DNA from: Fidelibacterota bacterium UBA2242
Lineage (GTDB): Bacteria > Fidelibacterota > UBA2242
DNA length: 64,000 nucleotides
Assembly: GCA_002347855.1 (NCBI GenBank)
Contig: DDYE01000017.1
Span: forward strand, 188,839-252,838
Direction of reading: 5' to 3'
Position 1 is the stretch's first letter; each line of letters opens with the position of its first letter. A model generated the notes under the pieces. It ran no database searches, was not told the DNA's origin, and saw only the letters and a list, made by a program, of their open reading frames with translations. The position numbers were made by a program, and so were the translations under genes. Below are positions 9,488 through 17,536 of the stretch, piece after piece.

Positions 9488-10377
9488 ATTGCATAAAACA
9501 TTAAACCAATTAGGCGAGGAATGGCTGAGTTCAAAAATTCAGCGGATGCGTAATCTATTGAAGATTGCCTTACCCGATGAAGCACTTTATCGCGAAATAA
9601 TGCTCTCCCTTGGCTATCCAAAAAACAAAGTTCAGTTTTTAGAATTGGCGCTCCTTTTACCCTACAAAGAAATTCAAAAACTCAAAACCCAACCACTCAT
9701 CGAGAAAGCACTGTTGTACAGGGCAGGATTTACACAAGACGCTTCTAATCTTCCGGGAGATTTTGACACCTCACTAAAACTTAACAATTCATACTGGACA
9801 TACAAATCAATTCGACCAGCGAACTTTCCAGATAAAAGAATAAAAGATTTTTCAGATTTGCTTTTTAAGACAACAGAAAAAGGAATATACAATTATTTCA
9901 AAAAGCAGATAGAGAAAAATTATACAGAGGTATATGATAAAACATCAGCAAAGAAAATAGTTGAAAAAATTATGTCGTTTAAAGGTATTGGGATTAGCAG
10001 AAAGAGAGAAATGTTTTTTAATATAATACTACCATTCTTTTTGTCGGATGAATCATTTAGTAATTATCATAGTTTTTTAATAAAACTTTTTGAAACACAC
10101 GCTTCCCTTGATGAAAACAGTAAAATTAAAAAATTTTATAAATTGGTAGGGGCGAACAGCCGTTCGCCCCTACGTCAACCAAATGAAAAAATTCAAATTT
10201 CAAATGCTAAGGAATATTTTGGTGCAATTAAATTTAGTGGTGGATAAAATCATTTCCGTAAAAAGGCAAAATAAAAACGCTGACACAAGTAACTGGGAGC
10301 GAGAGATAGACCAGGTAGTTTATAAACTTTATGGTTTGACAGAGACTGAGATAATAATAATAGAGGATTTTAAATAA
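9474..10377 (+). pseudogene. ORF of unknown function split across two frames; C-terminus resembles the terminal helix of Eco57I/PglX/TaqI_C-type modules
   Basis: frame 0 ORF 9474-10247 and frame +1 ORF 10183-10377; deleting the 28-bp palindrome at 10146-10173 joins them into one ORF (...KKFYKL/VNQMKKFKF...EREIDQVVYKLYGLTETEIIIIEDFK). Confidence 0.5.
10146..10173. repeat. 28-bp REP-like palindrome copy 3 (GTAGGGGCGAACAGCCGTTCGCCCCTAC, one arm mismatch) at the frameshift point of the 9474-10377 ORF
   Basis: read directly. Confidence 0.9.
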
Positions 10378-10644
10378 AATATATTAAGAGGAGAATCATA
10401 ACCGCCACTGACCAGCCCCAGCCCTTTCATAACCCAAAGATGATCCATTGGAAAATTCTGAAAGTATTATAGCTTTTAATATTTCTTGCTTCTATTAGCA
10501 AAAGAAAGGGCTGGGTTTAGGGAAGGGATAAGACCTTTGCGGGCAAGTTTATAGACGGTGTGTTCATCCATCTGCCCCACCCTTTCTAAAAGAATTACTT
10601 ATCCTTCTTTTCAAATGTCCTAATGATGAACCATATTGTTTAAG

Positions 10645-10872
10645 TTATCTTTCTCGTAACTGTGCACCTTCCTTTGATATGTAAGCCTCATAATAAATAA
10701 GATTCCAGTTTTTATTTTTATCTTTATGTTCCATATATCTTCGTTTTAAATCTTGTGTCCATCCAATGTAAATATTCCCATTTTTAGAATTCTTTAACAA
10801 ATACACATAATACATTTTGAAAGGGCGGGGTTCTGTAACCTGTTTAAGCGTCATTATTTCTTTTTCATTCAT
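10645..10872 (-). CDS. GIY-YIG nuclease family protein (small standalone; ORF extends to 10938, likely start at MNEKEIM)
   Basis: GIY-YIG motifs YYVYLLKN...GNIYIGWTQDLKRRYMEH. Confidence 0.65.
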   Translation of the reverse strand: MNEKEIMTLKQVTEPRPFKMYYVYLLKNSKNGNIYIGWTQDLKRRYMEHKDKNKNWNLIYYEAYISKEGAQLRER

Positions 10873-11544
10873 AAAGGCAATCCTTTTTTTAAAACATAAT
10901 CTTTTATAAAATCTGACTGTAATATACAAAAAATACAATGGTTGTCAAGAACAGTCCTGATAAAAATAAAATCCTTATAGGGTGGTGGGTGGGAATAGAT
11001 AGATAAACTTTGCCGATGCAATTGGCAGAGGGAAACTGAAACGCTTTCAGTATGGCAGGAAGTAAAGGGAGCAGTGCGAGGACGCAAATTGTGTCCAAGC
11101 CTGCGACTGTGATGCTATTTCTTTAAGTTTCTTTCTTTTGATTGGTGAATGGAATTTGGTAAAATTAGCGGAACGGTTCGTAGTGATTTTAAAAGCGGAA
11201 AGTAATAACGATTTTAGCCAGGTCAAGGTAAGGAAAATGCAGGTGCTTATATTTTAGAAAGTCTGAATATTCAAATTAACGCTGAACAGGTCGGTTGATT
11301 TATTAAAACAATTTGGAATATAAACCATCGTTCTCGATTGAGTAGATTTTGTCCGAGAGCAAGTCACTGAACCAGAATTTGGAACTTATATAGATGGCGA
11401 TTCTGGCAATCAGCGAATTCAGAGGTAAAGCGCGTCAGGTTGTTGCGGATCAGGGTCAAAGAGAAATACTTTCGCTTATTCTCAATTTTTGACGAACTTT
11501 AGGATGTACGTAAGCTTTATTAAATAATGTTAAAAGGAGATAGA

Positions 11545-12864
11545 ATGAAAAAGGTCAGAGAAATCGTTATCAGTTTTTTTATTATCAGTTTGATTGTTTT
11601 TTCACAGGCAGCCACCTGGAATGACCGACTGGACAGCCTGATGAACACGCAGGAGCAGAATAATAAGTTCATGGGTTCACTGGCAATTAGTAAAGCGGGT
11701 AAGCCTATTTATGTCAGAGCCTGCGGCTATGCCGATGTCGAACATAAGGTTGCCGCGCAAACTGAAACGAAGTACCGCATTGGTTCTGTTTCCAAGGTCT
11801 TTACGGCAGTAATGATTTTTCAATTAATTGAGGAACAAAAATTATCACTCGATACCAGGTTAGCCCAATTTTTCCCCGAAATCCCCAATGCTGACAAAAT
11901 TACCATAAGCCACCTTTTGAATCATCGCAGTGGCATCCATAATTTCACCGATAGCGTGTACACGACCTATTACACCAAACCCAAAACACAAAAGGAATTA
12001 CTTGATATTTTCAAATCCTATCCGCCCGAGTTTAATCCCGGTGAAAAAATGCAGTACAGCAACACAAACTATGTTTTGCTGGGTTATATTATCGAGAGAA
12101 TTACGAAAAAAGATTACGATAGTAACCTGCAGAAGCGCATTTGTAAAAAATTAGGTTTGAAGAATACCTACTATGGGGGTAAGATTAGAATTGCCAATCG
12201 CGAAGCCTATTCTTACACCTATGATGGAAAATATTGGGTAATTGAACCAGAGACTGATATGTCAATTCCGCATGGTGCTGGAGGCATAGTATCGACGGCG
12301 ACCGATCTGGTGGTTTTTATTAATGGCTTGTTTAATAATAAACTTGTGCAGAAATCTTCTTTAGACGAGATGTTGAAATTAGAGGACCGGTTCGGGAAGG
12401 GGCTTATTCAAATGTCCTTTTATACTCATCCCGGTTTTGGTCACACAGGCGGCATTGATGCCTTTAGTGCGTCTTTAATTTATTTTCCTGAAGATAGTCT
12501 TGCCATCGCAGTTTGCTCTAATGGCTTGAACTATCCTATGAATGACATTCTCGCAGGCGCCTTGAAAATTTATTTCAATATGCCATACCAGATACCGGTT
12601 TTCAAGACGATTGAACTGAGTATAGAGGAACTGCAAAAGTTCACCGGTGTCTATTCTCGTAGCGATTTCCCACTCAAGTTCACGATAGCTTTGAACGGGC
12701 ATCAATTGACTGCTCAAGCAACTGGTCAGCGGGCATTTCCCCTTGAACCGGTCAGCCCTAATGAATTCAAATTTGACCCAGTCGGAGTTAAAATGATTTT
12801 TGGCGCTGATGGTCAGCTGACTATCGAGCAAAGAGGCATGATCATAGTATTACAGAAAGAGTAA
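11545..12864 (+). CDS. serine hydrolase, beta-lactamase/PBP family, secreted
   Basis: AGGAG RBS before ATG at 11545; signal peptide; SxxK motif GSVSKVFT. Confidence 0.85.
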   Translation: MKKVREIVISFFIISLIVFSQAATWNDRLDSLMNTQEQNNKFMGSLAISKAGKPIYVRACGYADVEHKVAAQTETKYRIGSVSKVFTAVMIFQLIEEQKLSLDTRLAQFFPEIPNADKITISHLLNHRSGIHNFTDSVYTTYYTKPKTQKELLDIFKSYPPEFNPGEKMQYSNTNYVLLGYIIERITKKDYDSNLQKRICKKLGLKNTYYGGKIRIANREAYSYTYDGKYWVIEPETDMSIPHGAGGIVSTATDLVVFINGLFNNKLVQKSSLDEMLKLEDRFGKGLIQMSFYTHPGFGHTGGIDAFSASLIYFPEDSLAIAVCSNGLNYPMNDILAGALKIYFNMPYQIPVFKTIELSIEELQKFTGVYSRSDFPLKFTIALNGHQLTAQATGQRAFPLEPVSPNEFKFDPVGVKMIFGADGQLTIEQRGMIIVLQKE

Positions 12865-12916
12865 GACGTTTATTTTTAGCCGCGTCGCTGCCTGGATCAG
12901 CGCTTCCCAGGTTTTA

Positions 12917-13252
12917 TCAGACAGTTTCGGAGCGACACTCTTGCGTTACCCAGTTTAAATAGTCGGCGCTTCCTGTTACGACAGGGAGCGCGATGATTTC
13001 TGGCACCTCGTAGGAATGGAGCTGTTGAATTGCTGCTTCCACTTCCTGGTATTTTCCCTCTATCGTTTTTATTAACAGAAGCCATTCTGTAGGGGATTCA
13101 ATCTGTTCCTGCCAGCGATAGATGCTGGTTATCGGACCGAAAATCTGAATGCAAGCGGCGAGATGATTGTTGATTAAATGTTGGGCAATTTTCTCGGCAA
13201 TTTCCCGTTGGGCACAGGTCGTCTGAATCTGAATATAAGTTTGCATAGCCAT
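12917..13252 (-). CDS. cutA: divalent-cation tolerance protein CutA
   Basis: about 110 aa, CutA1-like conservation (...PEIIALPVVTGSADYLNWV...). Confidence 0.75.
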   Translation of the reverse strand: MAMQTYIQIQTTCAQREIAEKIAQHLINNHLAACIQIFGPITSIYRWQEQIESPTEWLLLIKTIEGKYQEVEAAIQQLHSYEVPEIIALPVVTGSADYLNWVTQECRSETV

Positions 13253-13438
13253 AATATTCTCCTATTTTTTATAAGTTATGGAACTGAACAACAAATAACC
13301 AGACTGCTGAAGCGGAATTTTCAATTTATGGTGATTAGATGCTATTCCATTAGCGACTTATAGATGGTTTACATTACGATGACAGCGATGAATCTGTTTG
13401 GACAAACGAGGGATTTGTTTTAAAATATACTGCTTTTT

Positions 13439-13526
13439 GGAGAGGTGTCCGAGAGGTTTAAGGAGCACGCTTGGAAAGCGTGTGTAGGCTAAAACCCTAC
13501 CCGGGGTTCGAATCCCCGTCTCTCCG
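13439..13526 (+). tRNA. tRNA-Ser (anticodon GGA)
   Basis: acceptor stem GGAGAGG/TCTCTCC, anticodon loop TTGGAAA, long variable arm, T-arm GGTTCGAATCC; no encoded CCA. Confidence 0.85.
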
Positions 13527-13562
13527 CATAATTCACACAATCGTTCATTTTCAAGTTAAATT

Positions 13563-14360
13563 ATGACGCAAAAAGGCAATTATTTCTGTGAAATTTTGGT
13601 TTTTCCTCTGCTTATCTTGCTTTGCAGCTGTGTAGTACCGTCCGCACTCAGGGCTGAGCAGGCGCCTATTCCCGCGCGAACATCCCAGCTGGTTATTGTC
13701 CTTACTCAATCATTTGATGATAATCAAGCGCGATTATATTGTTTTGAACGCCAGGTACCGCTAAATAACTGGCGACTGAGATTGGGACCATTTGCGGCAA
13801 TTATTGGCAAACGCGGCTTGGCTTGGGGACGCGGGTTGCATTCAAACTTACCGGATTATGCGCCAGTTAAAGTCGAAGGTGATAAAAAAAGTCCTGCGGG
13901 AGTATTTCGCTTGGGACCGGTGATAGGACGACCGGAGGAGCTGCCGGATATAAAAATGCCCTATGTTTCAATCATGACCTTAGTTGAATGTGTAGATGAT
14001 CCGCGCTCACGCTATTACAATCAATTAGTGCGACCTGATACTGTCGCCGAGCGGGATTGGAATTCTTCTGAGCGACTCTTCTTACCTGGCATCTGGTACG
14101 ATTTTGGTGTCGTTGTTCAGCATAATTCACCCCTTCCTGTAAGTGGAAGCGGGTCATGTATTTTTCTCCACAACTGGGATAGTCCGTCGGATTCGACCAC
14201 GGGTTGCACGGCGCTGGCGCCTGAGAACCTAACTCAAATTGTTAAATGGTTGGACATATTAAGGCAACCGGTGATTGTACAACTACCGCAATCAATTTAT
14301 GAGAAAGTAAAGCAGAAATGGCATTTACCTGCCATTCATGACTTTCATAGAGAGCCTTGA
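13563..14360 (+). CDS. L,D-transpeptidase (YkuD) family protein
   Basis: catalytic-type motif CIFLHNW...TTGCTAL; hydrophobic N-terminus. Confidence 0.6.
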   Translation: MTQKGNYFCEILVFPLLILLCSCVVPSALRAEQAPIPARTSQLVIVLTQSFDDNQARLYCFERQVPLNNWRLRLGPFAAIIGKRGLAWGRGLHSNLPDYAPVKVEGDKKSPAGVFRLGPVIGRPEELPDIKMPYVSIMTLVECVDDPRSRYYNQLVRPDTVAERDWNSSERLFLPGIWYDFGVVVQHNSPLPVSGSGSCIFLHNWDSPSDSTTGCTALAPENLTQIVKWLDILRQPVIVQLPQSIYEKVKQKWHLPAIHDFHREP

Positions 14361-14439
14361 TTGCTCTCACAGTAAGAACTCATCGCTGCTTATGGAAGTC
14401 CTGGGCTGCCGACATCGTCCTAGGAAATCGAATAAAATA

Positions 14440-15519
14440 TTAGAAATCACACTCTATTAAGTGGTATTTGCGATTCCCAAGACCTATTTCTTCGCCATAG
14501 CGCAGCTGCTCAGTAGCATCGTTGTTAGGATATGCTAGCTGCGCTAAAGTCTTCTGGTGAAAATTTTGGGTCAAATCCAGTACTGCCTGGTCAATAGCAA
14601 CGGGATCAATGCCAGCCAGGACACCGATGTCGGGAATCAGCGGAGTTTGTTTCCCAACCAAGCAGTCACAGTCTTTGGTCATATTTATCATGAAAGTCAT
14701 AAATCCGATTTTGCCTTTTTTCTCTTTGATTATACCGAGGGCATGTTCGGCGATCTGGCGTTGTAAATTGATAGATGTGTTGTCCCAGCGGAAACGAATC
14801 GCGTTCTGGCGGCAAAGGGTTAAGCATTCGCCACAACCGATACAGATAGTTTCATTGATAATCGCAAATTGCTGTCCGACGATAATGGCATCGGAAGGGC
14901 ACCAGTGAGCGCAAATACTACAAGCGGTACATTTATTTTTATCGATGCGTGGTTTGCTTTGGGAGTGCTGAGTCAATTTCCCTTTGCGACTCGCCATGCC
15001 CATACCGATATTCTTGATAGTAGCACCAAGTCCGGCATTAATGTGTCCAGTAGCGTGTGAGAGAACGATTATCGAATTGGCTGAAACGATTTCGGTAGCC
15101 AGAGACACGGTTTTATTTAAAGGGGCATTTATTTCAATTGCGGCCTCATTTTTACCTTTAATTCCATCCGCAATAATAACTGGTGCTCCCACCCGCTCAT
15201 AAGTAAAACCATGACTATAAGCCAATTCCAGATGCGTAACCGCATTATCGCGCACGCTTTTATAGAGCACATTGGTATCGGTTAAAAAAGGGCGCGCACC
15301 TCGCTCTCTTACACAATGGACTATGGGACTAATCAAATCCGGTGAAAGAAATGTATCGCTCTGCTTTTCACCAAAGTGGACCTTGATGGCGGTGTGGTCG
15401 TTAGTTTCGACGAGTTTATCGAGCCCGGCAGTATAAAAAAGTTTAGTCAGGCGTTCCTGACTTTGAGGAAGTGGGGCGGTCGCCTGCAATTTGAGCCAGA
15501 ATACTTTGCTTTGCATCAT
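14440..15519 (-). CDS. DUF362 domain protein with 4Fe-4S ferredoxin domain
   Basis: two CxxCxxCxxxCP motifs (CTACSICAHWCP, CIGCGECLTLC). Confidence 0.75.
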   Translation of the reverse strand: MMQSKVFWLKLQATAPLPQSQERLTKLFYTAGLDKLVETNDHTAIKVHFGEKQSDTFLSPDLISPIVHCVRERGARPFLTDTNVLYKSVRDNAVTHLELAYSHGFTYERVGAPVIIADGIKGKNEAAIEINAPLNKTVSLATEIVSANSIIVLSHATGHINAGLGATIKNIGMGMASRKGKLTQHSQSKPRIDKNKCTACSICAHWCPSDAIIVGQQFAIINETICIGCGECLTLCRQNAIRFRWDNTSINLQRQIAEHALGIIKEKKGKIGFMTFMINMTKDCDCLVGKQTPLIPDIGVLAGIDPVAIDQAVLDLTQNFHQKTLAQLAYPNNDATEQLRYGEEIGLGNRKYHLIECDF

Positions 15520-15660
15520 TTAATCTCTCCAAATAACGCGCAAATTTAAAATTAAATCGGGAGATTGTACAAAGATTGTATTTTGGTTTCCTAATTATCA
15601 GGGGATAGGGTTAAGGTTACTTGAACTTAAAGAAAAATAATTATAGTGATTATGGTATGT

Positions 15661-17529
15661 TCAATTGGAATTTACTATTTGTATTAATCGTTCAGCATCA
15701 GCCTTAATGGTCAGAACTTCGGTATTAACGGTTTTAGGCTGAATTTGCTGTATTTCAGAAAGTCGCCGCAGTGCCTCCATTTTTCTTCCGGTTTTAAGAT
15801 AAATTTCTGCCAGCCAGAGACGTGGCAGCAACAGATTGGGATACATGCACAGAGCCGCCAACAGGTTTTTTTCAGCCTTTTCAAAATCCCTTAACTGGTA
15901 ATAACACAGGCCTTCATTGATATAAATATTTTTGTCATTGAAAGTCGCTTTGGATTTTCGCAATAACGGCAGGGCTTTTTCGGGTCGATTGGTATAAGCA
16001 TAAGCCGAGCCAAGATGAAAAAGCAGTTCGCCATTGTCGGGCAATATTCTTTGAGCCTGGCAATATTTCTCAATACCTTTCTCATAATATCCGGCTTTGA
16101 AATAAGCCTGTCCCTGTCGCCAATTGATACAAGCGCTTCCTTTAAGGACAACATTGAACATGGTATAAACCAGAAATCCTATTGCTACTAATCGTAATAA
16201 GAGCGGATTGCTGAAAGAAATTGTCCCTGGCGTCGTATCCCTGGTTATTTTTATTCCAAGCGAAATCATTCCGATAAAGATAAGGAAAATGATTTGAATG
16301 GCAACGTTGCGCAGAGGATTATCAACGATGGAATGCAGGCAGACGACGGATAACGCAACGCCAAGCGCTTTGACCAGTGGAATTACCAATGAACCGTCTT
16401 CGAGATTAGATTTAAATTGCATCCAATAGCGCCACAGGATTACGAGAAAAACAAGGCAAAAGAGCGCTCCTGTCAAACCGTTTTCTGCTAATACCTGGAG
16501 ATATTCATTATCAGCCTGTTTCATATTGGCCGCATGGCTGAAAAAAGCAATATTTTGAGCGTTGTCGAAAAAATCCGCCTGGTAATTCTGATATTCCACC
16601 GGGAAACGCTGAAAACCGATCCCGCAAACCGGGTGGGATGTGAACATATTCCAAGCAATCCGCCAGACAAACCACCGGCCGGTTACCGAATCCCGATTAA
16701 GATTAATAAGCCCGTAAATAATTGCCAGTCCGATTACAACAACACCTGCGAAAGCAATCGGGGAGATCCAGCGAATCTTGAAAACCTTCTGCCAGGTCAT
16801 TTTTATTGACTTGAAATTGATGATGATGAGACTTCCCAATAATGCCAGCCAGGCGCCGCGGCTTTCAGTCAGTATAAGAACACCGGTTACAATTATTAAT
16901 CCGATGCCGGTAAGGATCTTCCACTTGACTGCTTTGGTAATTTTTAAAATGGCCAGGCCTAATGGAAATATCATGGCCAGATAACCGCCCAAAATATTGG
17001 CATGTCCGAGAGTGCCGACGACCTTCGGACCGAATGTCACAGCTCCGTGCGGATGAATAAAATCCAACCGGCAATATTGCAGGATTCCATAAAGCGCAAT
17101 CAGACCAGCGATTGAAAACAGACCGGCAGCAATGTTTGAAAAATACCGAAAATATTCCTTTTGACTCTTAAAGGAAAGACATTGTATCAGGAAGTAGAAT
17201 ATGACGGTATAAAACGGTAGCCGAAGATTTTCGTAAGGGCTGTGGAAAAATATTCTCGCAAACCATCCCGGAAGCAACAAGCCGGTTACGACGATGACAT
17301 CCAACCAATTAAGATGAATGGTCGTTTCTTTTTGAAATAATTGGATTACAAGAATCGCGGATACTGCTACCTGAAGAAACAGTTCTTTGGGATAGTAAAA
17401 ATCCCACATCATACGGTTGCATATGACCAGCGGAATCAACCAAGCGATAATTCCTAAGCCATAACCGGCCGTCCTGTTACCGGAAGTCCGGAGAAAATTT
17501 TTCACAGTCAGATCATTAGGCCGTATCAA
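15661..17529 (-). CDS. O-antigen ligase (Wzy_C)-like polytopic membrane protein with C-terminal TPR repeats
   Basis: many TM segments, ...TESRGAWLALLGS..., TPR-like C-terminus. Confidence 0.7.
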   Translation of the reverse strand: MIRPNDLTVKNFLRTSGNRTAGYGLGIIAWLIPLVICNRMMWDFYYPKELFLQVAVSAILVIQLFQKETTIHLNWLDVIVVTGLLLPGWFARIFFHSPYENLRLPFYTVIFYFLIQCLSFKSQKEYFRYFSNIAAGLFSIAGLIALYGILQYCRLDFIHPHGAVTFGPKVVGTLGHANILGGYLAMIFPLGLAILKITKAVKWKILTGIGLIIVTGVLILTESRGAWLALLGSLIIINFKSIKMTWQKVFKIRWISPIAFAGVVVIGLAIIYGLINLNRDSVTGRWFVWRIAWNMFTSHPVCGIGFQRFPVEYQNYQADFFDNAQNIAFFSHAANMKQADNEYLQVLAENGLTGALFCLVFLVILWRYWMQFKSNLEDGSLVIPLVKALGVALSVVCLHSIVDNPLRNVAIQIIFLIFIGMISLGIKITRDTTPGTISFSNPLLLRLVAIGFLVYTMFNVVLKGSACINWRQGQAYFKAGYYEKGIEKYCQAQRILPDNGELLFHLGSAYAYTNRPEKALPLLRKSKATFNDKNIYINEGLCYYQLRDFEKAEKNLLAALCMYPNLLLPRLWLAEIYLKTGRKMEALRRLSEIQQIQPKTVNTEVLTIKADAERLIQIVNSN

Positions 17530-17536
17530 ATCAAGT

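Noticed and set aside
10869-11098. Two overlapping minus-strand ORFs (72 and 64 aa) upstream of the GIY-YIG gene
   Set aside because: Mutually overlapping in different frames and overlapping the GIY-YIG 5' region; no motifs; probably promoter/leader sequence
12865-12916. Possible bidirectional terminator between the beta-lactamase-family gene and cutA
   Set aside because: Only a weak 5-bp stem and no clean T-run on either strand
13358-13540. 60-aa minus-strand ORF
   Set aside because: Completely overlaps the tRNA-Ser gene; the tRNA call is far better supported
14557-15202. Several plus-strand ORFs (63-99 aa)
   Set aside because: Antisense to the DUF362/ferredoxin gene, which has clear Cys-cluster motifs; no independent support
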